Positions 37,064-50,638 are shown, counted from the first letter of the whole stretch. The stretch: DNA of 57,100 nt, filler included, from Sphacelaria rigidula (GCA_964200075.2; 8 parts of 8 records of this genome joined end to end with filler, not necessarily neighbours in it), one strand, 5' to 3'. Numbers and translations are program-made. The notes: generated by a model not told the origin, from the letters alone.

Positions 37064-37690
37064 ACTCAACGTGCATCATGGTACCTTAATCGTAACGCAT
37101 GAGCACAAAATTTTGCGAGATTACTGTCAAAACGTGTTTCGATAAGTTAATGAAGGAGAAGAAGAAAAAAACGTTTTCGTCGAATACGGCGTTGTCAATC
37201 ACAGGCTTGATGGCCAAATTTGTTCCGAAAACTAGGGGATAGGCCATTTTCATCTCCGCATTATTAATATATTTTTCAAAGTGGACCGCACTAGTCTTAT
37301 AAACATTTGTCCCAAAGGAGAAGATCTGAAACGTCCCAGGTGTTCCATTGTCGTCATCACCGATTTCTGGTGAAAAATGAGTGATCAGAGGGCATCACTC
37401 AACGTGCGTCGTAGAGTACCTTAATCGTAACCGATGAACACCAAACTTTGGAATATTACTATTAAAACGTACTTCAATGGGCCGAAGAAGAAAATAAAAT
37501 GAAAAAATAATTTTCGTCGAGTATGGCGTTGCCAAACACCGACTTGATGGCGAAATTTGTCCCGAAATCCAGGGGATGGGCGATTTCCATCCCTGCATTA
37601 AAGCTTCCCTCTCTTATCATTCTTCAAAACGGACCGTGCTGATCTCATAAACATTTGTACCTAATGAGAAGGTCTAAAACGTCCAAGGTC
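37064..37690. repeat. Two diverged direct repeats of about 330 bp
   Basis: ACTCAACGTGC..GTACCTTAATCGTAAC..TTTTCGTCGA.TA.GGCGTTG..AAATTTGT.CCGAAA..TAAACATTTGT occurs near 37064 and 37397. Confidence 0.8.
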
Positions 37691-37789
37691 GCGAGAAATC
37701 AAGTGCTGCGTAAAGTGTACCGTAATTAAAGCAGGGAATGTTTTGGCCGCATTTTTACGTCAATAGAGCCATACTCCACATCTACTCCT

Positions 37790-38690
37790 GCAATATGATT
37801 AGAATATTTTTCAATTTTGAAATGCTTGGGTGATGAAAGACCAAATTATCTCTCTCCGGATACTCTGGGCATTGTTCTACGTGTCGTGGTTCCCACGAAC
37901 CAGAGTTTTTCCCGTCAGGTACCGTGAGCGTACCTTGATTGGGATATTCACCTCTGATGAAATAAAAATACAACTTTTACATTTTTTTCGTTTTTCTAAA
38001 AACATTTCGTGTTTTTAGGGGAGTTTTGAGGAGAAAGGAACATTGCTCTTGGGTGTTATCTAAATGTTTTAGCCCAATTTTTGAAATCGTGATTCGAAAC
38101 TTAGCATGGAGAACGACAGAGGTATGCTGAATAAGAAAAAATGGCTCTTCACTTGGAGGGGGGGAAGGTTCGGGCGTTCTCGTCAAAAAATGGTCGTTAC
38201 CATACTAGAACGCCCTAAACCAGCGAAAAAGAAGACGAAACCAACCTGGTCCATTTTTTTTATTCATCATGACCTACAGTAGCGAGATCCCGCACAAAGT
38301 TTCAAAACACAAACACTAAACGTGGGCCGGTAAACGGCCTGCAAATACTGTTCCGAATTTCCACCGGCCCGGTTTTCAAAAGGCGAAATCGCAATTTTTT
38401 ACTCAGAAGTTGGAAAGTGAAATTCGGTGTGGATCTATCAACAGGGCATGAAAAAAGCTGTATGTGGGGTCCCAAAGTTTTTTTCTGCTTTTTTCATGAG
38501 TTGAGGGCAATAATCAGTTTTAAGGTTTCAGTAAAATGCCGGTAAATCACCAAAAAAAAAATTTGGGACCCCACAGACAGCTTTTTTTCATGCCCTGTTG
38601 ATTGTCCATACCAAATTTCACTGTCCAACTGAGTAAAAAATTGCGAATTCGCCTGCAAATTACAAATCCGCTTCTAGGCTGGCCCAGCTC
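37790..38690 (+). mobile_element. Right part of a diverged mariner-like family copy with a subterminal inverted repeat
   Basis: Colinear with 24100-24863; ends AATCCGCTTCTAGGCTGGCCCAGCTC. The left boundary is approximate. Confidence 0.78.
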
Positions 38691-38954
38691 TCATGATACC
38701 ACGATATTTTGATATTTCAATACCTACCGTACCCGTTCAGTCAGGTATTTTCGAAACTCAAATACCTACGATACTCACGAATACCTCGGTATGAGATACC
38801 CCGGTAAATACCGGGGGTATGCTCGGTACGGTAGCAGACCTGCGGTTCCCGTGAAGAAGTGGTCCGAGACCCCCCCCCTCCATTGTAGGGTGACCCTGTC
38901 GTCTCCAGGGAGACTATGTTACTTGTCATTGTCTTCATGACACTTTGCATCAAT

Positions 38955-39280
38955 TTTTACTTATTTCATTACTTTCTTCTCTTTGTCGTTCTTTGAAGCC
39001 CTCCCCTTCCTCGGGACGAGTCCGTGGTCGGAAGAGATCATGCCATATATCCCCTGGTACACACCTTGCATTTTCATCTCGCGGAGTGGGTCAGCACTTG
39101 CACCGCGTCAACTCACGTCAAACACACTCAGTCGACTACTTTGTTTGCTCACGTTCTCACGCTTTCCACGGTGGAAATAACATACTGTTAAAACGAAGAA
39201 AAAAACCTATGCATCATGAATCGAACTCCCGTTCTCTCCGCCCTGACGACAACTGTCGGACCATTACACCACCGGCGCGG
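38955..39280 (-). mobile_element. tRNA-derived SINE, family 2
   Basis: Minus-strand TGGTGTAATGG (A box, 39261-39271) and GAGTTCGATTC (B box, 39218-39228), with an A-rich tail. The body (CCCCTTCCTCGGG.CGAGTCCGTGGTC, CCCTGGTACA.ACC, CACCGCGTC.ACT) is shared with 56465-56600. Confidence 0.7.
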
Positions 39281-39339
39281 GGGCAACGAACTCAGTAGCA
39301 TATGCTACAATACAAGTCCAGATTAATTTCGCTCCAGAC

Positions 39340-40354
39340 GGGACCTCCGAGAACGGTATCCTCTCGAGAAACCAAGGATTAAAAGGCTGTTGTATTCCAC
39401 TTTCGTCGCTTCCTTCCATTGGTCAGCCTCTGGGAGTCCCGTGGCTTCCTCGAAAGTAGTAGGATTTTTTTGCTGTTGTGCGGTCGGGGTCAAGTTTACC
39501 ACGCGATTGAGTATTGATGGCAGCGTAGGCGTACTCGAAGACCATAACCCATTATTCATGGCATAGATCTACTAGGCTGGCCTTAGCAAAAGTAGAAAAG
39601 CCGGGATGAAGCGACACAGTGTACGCGAGACGGTTCGGTTCGCGTCGTGTCGGAGCATTTGACATTCCGATGCTCGGGTTTGTGGACGGTACAGGGTTAC
39701 CCCGAATCCCCATGAGCGACACTGGTGATGAAGGCGTATCGCCGGTCGCTCTCCCTGCATCGAAGGGCGATACAGTGGAATTGGAGTCCGGCGAGCTAGA
39801 TAGATGGTCCATGAGGTCGCTCCAATCGCCGGGCGTATCGATTTCCACCGGAGAATGAGGGGGAGACGCAGTGGACACGCGCAACTCTGGTTGCGATGCA
39901 TGTTGGTGGAAATCCCGTAGAGAAGGTCATCTTCACTTGTGTACCTGGAGTTTCAGACACGCAAGGTATCTCCTCCATCAGTACATACCGCAGGTGGCAG
40001 AGGACGTGTGGGTGACTCGATGAGGGCAACGTTCCAACTTTCGATTATCTTTTTGCCGACGGAGTCCCAGAGTCGGTACTTTTTTTTGTCGAAAGCGTAC
40101 CCCACCGGTCCGGTCGGAACAGCCTTGAGCTTTAACTCCGGGACATAAGTTTACGTCTCGATGTGCACAGAGGCCTGGATCCCAATGAGGCGAGTGTGTG
40201 ACAGATATGCTTCGACGCCGCAAAGCCGTTTGTACGACGTCTCCATATCAAGCGCGGAATGTGGCACGCGGTTTGGCACGTGCTCTGCAGTCATCAGCAA
40301 CTCACCCCAAAGGAATGTGGATAGACCACTGGAAGCAAGCCAACAACGAACCAT
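39340..40354 (-). mobile_element. Ty1/copia retrotransposon fragment (integrase C-terminus, linker, start of RT), degenerate
   Basis: MVRCWLASSGLSTFLWGELLMTAEHVPNRVPHSAL...VGYAFDKKKYRLWD...KIIESWNV, then NPTTFEEATGLPEADQWKEATKVEYNSL. Integrase-before-RT order is diagnostic of copia. Confidence 0.88.
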
Positions 40355-40817
40355 CCCAAATATGACCTACAAAACTGCGATTTTTACTTCAACTTCCCCC
40401 CCAAGCATTGTGCTTCCTCACCTCTATAGACTTGTGGGTTGGCGTCGAGAGGCAACGACACTAAAACACGCCGCCAGAACCTGAAACAAAAAATTTACAG
40501 GCTGCCATCGTACATATACCAGAGACTGCCACCAGACAAAGAAAAGTCCCGGACCGACAGACACACTAGACATGCAACAACCTAAATATCAAAATTTATT
40601 TTCCCCCAGAAAAACACAAGATGGATATAGATATGATATAGCAAAGTTGCCCATTTTTTCTGTTCTTCTGTTTGTTTGTTTTCTAATTTTACTCCTTCCG
40701 TTTCCTTATTCTCTGTGATTTTCTTCCCTTCCTGTTTCCATGTCTTCCTCTTTTCTTTTCCTTTTTCTCTGCATTTCCCCCCCCCTTTTTCTGCTTTATT
40801 TTGTTTTCTCCGCTACT

Positions 40818-41470
40818 ATAACACAGCCCAGACATGAACATGAAATAAAAAAGCTCGCCATCGTTTTTCTTCGACCAGTCATAGCACACCCCGGCAAAGA
40901 AATGAAATAAAAAGCTCGCCATCATTTTTCAACCAACCCTAGCACACCCCGGGCATAGACATGAAATATAGAAGCTAACCATCCTTTTCCTTTAACCTAT
41001 CATAACACAGCCCGGGCATAGAAATGAAATAAATGAGCTAACCCTCCTTTTTCTTCAACCTACCATGACACAGCCCGGGCATAGACATGAAATTAAGAAG
41101 CTAACCCTCCTTTTTATTTAACCTACCATAACACAGCCCGGACATAGACATGGAATGAAGAAGCTAACCCTCCTTTTCTTCAACCTGCCATAACACAGCC
41201 CGGACACAGACATGAAATGACGAAGCTAACCACCCCTTTTATTCAACCTGCCATAACACAGCCCTGACATCGACATGAAATGACGAAGCTAGTCATCCCT
41301 TTTCTTTAGCCTACAATAACACAGCCCGGACATAGACATGAAGTGACGAAGCTAACCATTCCTTTTCTTCAACCTACCAAAACACAGCCCGGATATAGAT
41401 ATGAAATGACGAAGCTAACTATCCTTTTTCTTCAACCTACCATAACACAGCCGGGATATAGATGTGAAAT
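40818..41470. repeat. 63-bp minisatellite, about 10.5 copies
   Basis: Consensus CATAGACATGAAATGACGAAGCTAACCATCCTTTTTCTTCAACCTACCATAACACAGCCCGGA. Unit starts at 40833, 40895, 40954, 41017, 41080, 41143, 41205, 41268, 41331 and 41394. Confidence 0.95.
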
Positions 41471-42802
41471 AGCGAGAAAAAACAGCTCTATTTTCCAATG
41501 TAAGAACGGAAACAACGGAGATCCTTCCCCCATATCACAACAAAGAGGAGAAGAATAAAATCAAAACCTAGACGTGTACGTAATAGCGAGAAGGTTGACC
41601 ACCTTACATGCAAATGCAAATACAGAAGACATAATGAGTACGGATAGGGTAGGGTCATCACCCCCGACATATTAAATTCACATGGGGGTTGGGGTCTCGT
41701 GGTGAGATACCCGTAGAACCTCACCGGTTCTCATAAGGCGGTTGAAATCTGGTCAGACATTTTCCTGAAATTTCCGACATTAGGTGCAAAAGGCGTCTAG
41801 CGAAGGGAAAGGGGGGATGGTGCATGACATAAACGTCAAGACCTACGGCACTCATGAAACAAACATCTCACCAACGATCGATCACATGACCTACGAGAAG
41901 AAGCACCGAGCGATACATGGACTTCTCGAGAGCTTGAAGGATGGAAGCTGGTACAAAGAGTGGGGGAATCGTTGGCCAAGGGTTCGGTAGCGAAGGTCTA
42001 CTCCGAAGCATTAGTGGAGAAGTGATTCATGGTAAACCATACAGGACAGGAAAAGTGATGTACGGGACATCCCGATGTGAGTAAGACCGTGTTTATGCAA
42101 GCCGTCCTTGAACCGTACACGGTGAAAATGACCTGCCTGGAGGAAAGTAACCAGTACAGCAGCAGGGCAAGAAAATCGGAGATACGATCGTGGGACGCCT
42201 GGATGATTTACCATGAAAATCGCCTAGCACAAACGCGGGGTGCTTGTGTCAAAGGTGTTGAACTTGTCTTCAGGCTACGAGCCCATGTTGGAGGCACTAT
42301 TTCGTGTCGGTGAGCCAGCAAAAAAACTGGAAGGCACCAGACCCCCAGCAAGTACTTGGATTGGGATATCCCAGTACGTTGGCTAGATCCAACCACAATA
42401 CTCGAAACGAACAAGTTGGATATACTCTCGAAAGAGTTCGAGAGAGAGGCGGTAAGGAAGGGCGGATGGAGAAGTAAAGAGTGGACGGATAAAGTACTAG
42501 TAGTGCTGGTATTCGGAGTCCGTAGCGATATGACGAGGATAGAGTTTAAAAGGAAATGCAGTGAACTTGGAGTATATTGTTTGACAAGATAGCAGAGAGG
42601 GAGAACACGTCTGAGTCACGCTAACACAGAGCGCGAGCAAGGAGTGGGAAAGGGTGGAGACAATTAAGGTGTCGGCATGGGTCCGAAGGGTAGGATGAAG
42701 GGTATGCATAGCTAATGAAACAACAAGCCTAAGACGTGTGACGGTTTAAGAGACAACCAACTAGACTACTGACCAGTCAGCGCTGACTGGTCAATAGTCT
42801 AG

Positions 42803-42902
42803 NNNNNNNNNNNNNNNNNNNNNNNNNNNNNNNNNNNNNNNNNNNNTTAATTAATTAANNNNNNNNNNNNNNNNNNNNNNNNNNNNNNNNNNNNNNNNNN
42901 NN
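42803..42902. other. Artificial assembly spacer
   Basis: N44-TTAATTAATTAA-N44. Confidence 0.98.
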
Positions 42903-43796
42903 GGAGCAGTCTTCCCCGGCCCCCTGCCGAGCCTCCCGCACAGTGCCCTTCCCCTCCAGCCCCTGTCGCACGACCCCGCCCCCCCCCCCCCCCCCTCCGT
43001 CCTCGCTGGACAAGTGGTCAGCAACGAACACGACCGACATCGAGGTCGCCTTTGTCCTACAGGGAATGGAGGAGGAAGTTCATGAATTCCCCGCGTTCCA
43101 CGTTTTGTGCGGTGAACGAGGCTAGATTGGTACATATATCTTCGTTGATATGATCTCGTCTGTGGTGTAGGGGACAAAAGAATGATGGTTACATGTGTGC
43201 GTGAGCGATACGATACATACATGGCTCTGTGGAACACTCCGAACAACACTGGACCGAGTAGCGACAGGTTCCCTCCCCACCGTGGCTCACAAGGAATCCG
43301 CTTGTAAACGTGAGGGAGTACTTGCGCCAAGTATCGACCGGTAGGGCAGCAACTTGTGCCAAGTGACGGTGCATGACCGTCATCTTCTTCACCCGTTAAC
43401 TATTGAGGGCGCAACAGTAGTAACATCGGTAGGTATGAGGGTATGGATCATTAGTCGCAAGCCCGGAGTAAGAAGCTGACTGGTGGAAACCTCCCATTCG
43501 CCGACACTCAGAAGCTGATGGCTAATCAGCTACCGCAATTAGAATAGTTTTAAGCTCGCGGTCGTGACGCCCGCCTCGGAATAATATCACCGGTTGCCCT
43601 TCGATGCCAGTATCCCTGATGCTGTACCCGAGAGGCTCCTGTCTGTTTGCGAGCATCAGCCTGAACGACGACATACCGTCTAAGCGTCACAACCAAGATG
43701 GTACGGTGAGTTGGGCGCCTCCTCATCTGCCGGAATACCGTCCTCAACGGTCTACATTGCTTCCCTCCATGAGGGTATGAAAGTACATGAGTGCCT

Positions 43797-44058
43797 TCGA
43801 TCTCGAATTCGCGCCGACCTTGAATCTCGAAGTCACGCCGACCTGGTGGCTCTAATTCATCCTGACCTTGGATCTCAAATTTACGCCGACCTTGACCTTG
43901 GATCTCGATTTCACGCACACCTTAGATCTTGATGTCACGTCAGGCCGAGCTTGAATCTCGAATGTACGCCGACCTCATCTCTGAGGCGGGGTCTCAAATG
44001 TACGCTGATGATGGATCTTGAATGTACTCAGAGATCGAATCTCGAGTTTCGCCAACCG
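43797..44058. repeat. Degenerate tandem repeat of about 24 bp (GATCTCGAAT.TACGCCGACCTTG)
   Basis: About 9 recognisable units. Confidence 0.7.
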
Positions 44059-44914
44059 TGGCTCTCCAATTTTTGCTGACGGTGGATGACGCCGCGAGCG
44101 TGTGTTGCGTTAACTTTACAAGAGCGAAACAGATACCCTATGTATTCACCGACGACCGTGTGATGATACCTTTTTCACAAGCAAAGGGCGCGTGCGCCGT
44201 GGGCGTATCGACGTCCCACTGTGGAAGACCTCGCCTGATTACCGACTACTCCCTCTGCTCTGCCTCTTTCGATCAGTCGGGGCGGCTGCGGGGAAGCCTT
44301 GAGGAGGGTCATAACGCAACGAACGACCCCGTGGTCTTGGGCGCAGAGCGGCATATCACCCCCTCTGTGGTGGAGTAGAGATTATTGTGATGGTGTCGTA
44401 CGGTTTTGTTTTCTCTCGGTCTAGTCGTCTCCGGATACTGAAAAGGGGCATGTGACGACGACTGCTACATGAAAGCTGCCCCTCTGGGTTTGTGTGCTTG
44501 CATAACCAACGGGGTGCTCGCGACATGGTGGAATGTGGTTCGGCGAATGTGGTTCGGCCGCAGGACAGTCACCAGCAGTCGGTTCGGAGACGCACGTGGC
44601 CCTTCTTTCGATGGGTAAATTAATTACACCACTTGACTTCGCTGTCCTCTGTCGGCGAACATGCGTTTTGGCTCATGTAAGAGAAGAAAAATCAAAACAT
44701 GAGGAAACGCTCGTCACCGCCAGTCACTATGCAGAGACTCTTGCGGTTAAGGGCTGCTGAGCCTGTGTCATATTTCCTGCAGGGGTGTTCTTGGACTGAC
44801 ATCAAGCCACAAAACGTCTGCGTTGAGGGTCTGCGGTATTGTGGTATCATCTGTTTTTTCAAAACCAATTAATTACCTTTTTTAACACTCCTGTGATTGG
44901 TCCGGGCGATACCC

Positions 44915-45040
44915 CCTTCCCCCCTCCCCCACGGCGAGCCTGGTCCGGCGAAAACCCGGCGTGCTCCGTCCCGGCTTTGTAGGGATGCGAGGTCAATGGT
45001 CTGATGACTATGGCAAGCATGATCATGAGTACACCCCCTA
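44915..45040 (-). repeat. Dispersed G-tract-bounded repeat module
   Basis: GACCTCGCATCCCTACAAAGCCGGGACGGAGCACGCCGG core, also at 56905-56963 (minus) and in diverged form at 27222-27285 and 23052-23110 (plus). Confidence 0.85.
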
Positions 45041-47374
45041 CGAAGAACATCACGGATATATCGGTTTGCCCAAACCCCCAACCGGTTCGAGAAGGTATTT
45101 TCGGACTCGTTGAGAGAGTTTCGAGCCAACAGACGAAAAATATGTTCGGAGGAGAACCATGAACGTGGCAACGACTTCCTGTGCCGGCAAAGGTGTGACA
45201 CCGAACCCAACATAGCCGCACATGGAGCGCTGAAGCCCCAATGCCCCCGTTTTGACAGAAATACTTGGCTCGAGCCGAGCTGTTGATTAGTCGAGTACGA
45301 TATGTTTGATTACCGTCGAGTCTGCTTGAAATTTTATCACAAAAGGTCATTAATGTTGCAAGATGAGCGCCGAAAATATTCACACAAGGGGCCAAAGACG
45401 GCATGTTCTCGGAGGTGAGACGACACCCGCGCTGCCGACATACTCCAACCGCGTTGGGATTTCCCTTGAACAGTCTGCTCAGTGCAGTTGAGTAAGGGCT
45501 AGCGCTGGAGCTTATGCGCGCGCACGATGGTTTTGTGCGCGCTTTTCTCAGTGTTCGGTGTGCAGATGCTGTGCTACTGCGTCGACACACTTCCCTGTTT
45601 GGACCGGTGATAATTGCTGGAAACATCCCACTACTTTCACTTGTTCGCAGATGTAGAGGGGGAGACGACTCCTCTTCCGACGTCGAGTTGAACGTGGCCG
45701 GTCTGGGGGTACCTACCTCCGTTTGCAAACTGATTCTACGCTCCGGTTTTTCGGTGCGCATAAGACGCGGCGAGACAGACGTGGGCCAGATTCACTGGGG
45801 AACAAATAGTTTCGCGGTTGAGGATCGAAGGTGGAAAATACCGCGACCCCAGCTGTTCCGTATACGGCAATGATGAGCGGCAGTAGATGACATGCCTACT
45901 CAAAGCGCGCTCCCGTTCTCCTCTCTCGCTTCTGTTCGTGTGTAATTTTTTCTCGTATATTCTCGGTAGAACTCGGCCACTGTGACGCATTAAAGTTCAA
46001 TTTATCTTGTGACCACGGGTGAGTCGTCCCTCGACGACCAGTTGATGTGCAACAATCGATGAGTCGAACAACTTTCGAAGCGCATACAAAGCTGCGACGA
46101 AGACGCAATACGCTGCAAAGTTTCCCTTCAATCCACGTGTAACGAAATATGTATGTAGATATCTGAAGATATATAGAAATATAGCGAAGATGAAGAGCAA
46201 CGTGCATGGTCATGCCTCGTTCACCCTATGAAACAGCATGACGGACATGATTTGCATGATCGCCAGGCGTCCTGCTGGTTGTAATCTGTAAAGCATGGAA
46301 AAATTTTAAAACCGCACCGTCGTCACCGCTCCTCTCCGCGCCATACTAGGAGACTACCGCTTGAACACCAGCCTGGACCCCGATTCCGACCTGACTAGAA
46401 TGGGCGGATAAACAGCGTATGCACTTCGGCGGTGATACGTTCCGACGAAAACTGGGTAGATCGGGCTTGCCTTGAACGAGAATCACTTGGCATGAGCCGG
46501 TTCTTCAGATCGTGACCTGAGAAACTTGAAACTCGGCCAGACCCTTTCGAACAGGGGCACACGGTCGCCTGTGTGATGATTGTTTTCAATCGCAAAAAAC
46601 TTTTTCAGCAAGTAGGCGCTATTTGGTGGAAGACAAGGCAGCCTCCAGTCGACGTGTGCAGCACACTGTGCACAATGCGAAAGACCCTTTTTTCCAGTGG
46701 GTCGTCTCGACCATACACGCAACTTCGTCAGCCCGGCCTATCTGATGCGATCAAAAATGTGAAATATTTGGATCCTTTCGTTTCGATGTATGTCCAGGCA
46801 ACAATTTCACTCAACCAGACTTTAGTTGGGACCCCATCAAATCGTATGCTCGACGATGACCCACGTCCCCGATTTTCCATCGTGAAGGGCATTCCAGCCC
46901 GTAACCATTAAGGGGTGGTGAAATGACCTCTAGGTCTCATTCGTGTTGGCAAAGCTCGAATTGGTTCGAGTACGCGCCGATGTAGAGCAGGGGAACCCGC
47001 TGGCGAGCACTCGAGGACTGCCATCCCCCACAAGGATCTGAACGCGGGCAGTATGAACGCTGACAACTGGCTTCATTTCAACCACGGATTTACGGTTGAC
47101 TCACTGGCGTGAGAGACTGCTTTCATTCACTACCGTCGATTCTTTTTGTTTTCCCCCGTCACCCAACATGAAGGAACTCTCCAGCCGAGAGGAGGCAAAC
47201 CTTCGATGAGAGGACGTTCTGTCGATTGTGAAAGTTAAGATTGTGTCGAGCGAGAACTATATTTGTGGAGACACCTGTGAGAAGGAAGCGCGAAAGTTAC
47301 AGTAGACGCGAAAGATTACTGTTGCTCCATCATCGCAGTTGTTGCCGACCGCCCCCCCCTCCGCCCCCTTGCCC

Positions 47375-47575
47375 TCCATGCGGCGCAAGAGGAAGGGGAT
47401 AAGACATTTTAAAAGTTTTCGTGGGATGTATGGAAGAAACGTAGTGAGCGCCCAAGTGTTGGAAATGTGTCCATTAGGAGGTAGGAACGGTGCTGCCTCT
47501 CGAAAGGGATGCGTGGTCAAATGTGAAATGACTGAGCAAGCAACGAATGAGTACGCCCCCCTCCCCTCTCCCCCA
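47375..47575 (+). repeat. Dispersed repeat module ending GAGTACGCCCCCC
   Basis: Homologous to 20780-20962, 14303-14375, 21453-21500 and 50345-50430 (reverse complement). Confidence 0.85.
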
Positions 47576-49951
47576 GCCTTTCCCGTGGCTACCCTCGACA
47601 TCATCATACGAGGCTAAGGAAGGGAGTGTACTTGAGCCTACGCAGTCTACGGTGTACCTCCGGGTATAAAAGGAAGACCCGTGAGCTGTGGAACGCGCGC
47701 GCCTACCGATGACTGCAGAAACCGTCTGCACCGAGTATTACGTAGTTCTGTGCTCATCACTCTTCCAGGGGCATCAAGTCAAGGCCTCTAACTACTGCAC
47801 ATTTTTCAGCATTCACTGTAGGACATGAAGGAACGCTCAGTCAGCACCCTGCAACAGTAGTTGAAACAGTACAGTCAGTAGGGAATCCACTCTATCGGCG
47901 GGTCAAGGTATCGTGCTGGCAAGAGAAGATGGGCATTCATATCCCCGTGTGATGCGTGAAGCCTGGTCCGCGTTGGCTCCACCTAGTCGTATCCCATACG
48001 TACCCCTGAAATGCCTTGAGACTATCCCTTGAAGCTTGACAATGTACACGAGAAGATTTGCAGGAACTGATCTCGAGAATCGATTCGTTTGCGCTTCTTA
48101 GAGGTGTCCCCAACTCGAAGTCTCTGATATATTTGTATATGTAATGCCGTGAAATGAACTAAATTATCTCGAGTTTGAAATACCATACCTCCATTAGGTC
48201 AAAAGCCGAGGCTCAGGAGTCAGGTTTCTTGCATTCATCGTCCACGAGATGAAATGTGATGAGCGTATGTTCTCCTGCGGCATGGTTGAGAGTTGAGCGA
48301 GAATCCGATCTCTCACACAGAACTTTGAGCTGGTGCTTGCTTTCTTGTTGCTCTTATCATCACAATCACCCGTCCAACTGCAGTCGCAATTATCTGCGAT
48401 CTGACGGAAATAAACTTGGTGACGTCAAAACTAGAAGTTGGAGTTCAATATAACATTTTGTTGTCGCGTCGGCGTCTTACAGTAATTCAATAGGGGACCG
48501 GTAGACGGTGTCTCACCAGCCGTTCTGAAGATTTCATGCACCTCTGTTAGCGATCCCCGTCTTGCTTCACTATCGTCGCTGTTCCATCGATCGAATCGCA
48601 CAAATACAGATACGTACGGTGGTCGGTCTTGGCATGACGCTTTACCTGGTTTCCCCCTTTCACTGGAGAGTTCGATGTCGTGACTCCGATGAGGTTGGTG
48701 AGTACTAACGTCTCGGTCATGCTGTTGACAATCAAGTCGGTGGCGAATGAATAGATGAGGATACCTAACGCAGCGAAAGCTTGCCCCCGTCCCGAGCTCT
48801 CTCTCCCCCTCTCTGCGAGGCAGTGATGATGGAGTTATCTCAGCTAATATTGGCGAATTGGCTGTGTGTTTTTTTCCCCTTCCACAAAATGTGTATGTTC
48901 GGTCAAGTCGGAGGGTCACGGGGGCGGGGCGGCAGAGGCCAACAGGAAGCGTGTACCGTCTGTTTCAGGATTACCATTTCGTCAACCATGGTCGAGTCCG
49001 ACAAAACTGCCCGTAAACCTGTTTTCACAACCTTGATGGAATTAAATCTCTGATCGCAACTATCGTTTCTTCTCTGTTTTGTCGAGGCCACTGGGTGATG
49101 ACCATCGAATCATGGAACACGTAAGGCGGGGAAGGTGTGTACTCGGGGGTCTCATCCCCGGTGACATATCGAGAACAACCGATCTTGTACCCCGGCCTCA
49201 AAAGCGCCGCTCCTGGTCACTCGGAAAAGTCCCGGATACTGCACATACTATACTTTTCTGGACAAAAAAGACTTTCGTACAGTGGGCGGTAAGACCAGAT
49301 CAGAGGAATATGCCCTTGATTCGGAAAAGTAGGTACCGTACTCCTTTGAAGTAATACCAAAATCCTGCCGCTAAAAAGTTGACGCCTTGCCCTTGTCGTG
49401 GTTTTGCGAAGGTCCGACGAGTCCCAGCTAAACGATTCATGGCTTCATGGGCTGAATTTTTCATGACTCGTGGGACTCGATTCATGCTCCCTACTGATTT
49501 TCCAGCATTGACTCGGACTCAAGTCATTCTGGTTCTGATTTCAATAACTGACTAGTAGGATTCAAGTCGTGCTCGTCCCGTCTCCCACGTACGCAGAATG
49601 CGCAGGATGGGATACTCACTGTTGTGCCTGTTTTCTTTCGGCTGACTGCCACTGTATACGTGACGGCGCATCAACAGTAATCAACTGCTTACTCAAAATA
49701 AGCATGCAGTCATCAGGGCTCATGGCCGGTACTGTGCACTCGGCGAGGTTGAAGAGTATGGTCCTCTATTCCTGTCTGTGTGCGGGTGTAGGTACCATAG
49801 TACCTTTACCGAAGTGGAGGATTTCGTACATGACAACCAGTATACCATGAAATGAGTCGCACGTCCTCGTGACCCCCCCACCCCCCCCCCCCCTCTCCCC
49901 CCCCCCCCCCCCCACACCACCACCCCCCCCCCCCCCCCCCCTCTCCTCCTC

Positions 49952-50051
49952 NNNNNNNNNNNNNNNNNNNNNNNNNNNNNNNNNNNNNNNNNNNNTTAAT
50001 TAATTAANNNNNNNNNNNNNNNNNNNNNNNNNNNNNNNNNNNNNNNNNNNN
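49952..50051. other. Artificial assembly spacer
   Basis: N44-TTAATTAATTAA-N44. Confidence 0.98.
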
Positions 50052-50638
50052 AACCCCCTTTGGTCCAAGGGGTATCCACGCAACTATTGCGTCATTCCAC
50101 GTGCCTGGGCTGCGTGTACCTGGGTTGAAACGCTGGAAACAAAGCGTAGGCAGCGATTCGTACGATTCGAATCAAATACACTGAAATCAAGTATTTTCCA
50201 GACGAGTCATTGATTTGTCCGACCCCTGAAAGTATTACATGATACGATATCATCTCGAATCACACGCACCCTCATCTGCTCATCTTGCTATCAGCAGTTT
50301 GTGTCCTAAAATCAACGATCACCACTCCCGTCGAGAACAAAGGGGGTTGGGGGGAGGGGGGGGGGGTACTCATCTGTTGCTTGCCTTAGTCGTTTGACCA
50401 TTTACCACGCATCCCTTTCGAGATGGGGCAACACAGGGGGGAGGGGGAGCGTGGGGGGGGGGATCGACTGAATCCGAGCTGAACAACAAGATAGCTACGC
50501 GGCCGACCGGGTACAGGCCATTATTATCATTTTTTTTTTTTTTCTTGATCGCTTCAGCCTATAATTGTTTTCACTTACACATTTTTCGTTTTCGCCGCTC
50601 GTACGGACGGACGACATTCGTGCCTCGCCGCTGATCAG

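Noticed and set aside
39210-39280. tRNA gene (also 20515-20598 and 25234-25320)
   Set aside because: A/B boxes are present but I could not fold a cloverleaf; two of the three heads are attached to repeated bodies, so they are treated as SINE heads.
40818-41470. CRISPR-like appearance of the 63-bp array
   Set aside because: Whole units are homologous with no unique spacers, there are no cas genes, and the context is eukaryotic.
41784-42720. Possible LINE ORF1 remnant (VLVFGVRSDMTRIEFKRKCSELGV)
   Set aside because: Only a vague RRM-like impression in broken frames, with no endonuclease or RT visible.
42903-49860. Possible highly decayed LTR retrotransposon on the minus strand (KYFTFL near 46760, KNYTRTE near 45940, ALSRL near 45480)
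   Set aside because: Motif hints are short and their spacing fits poorly. It cannot be supported without a homology search, and the 300-aa ORF 44859-45761 has no recognisable domain.
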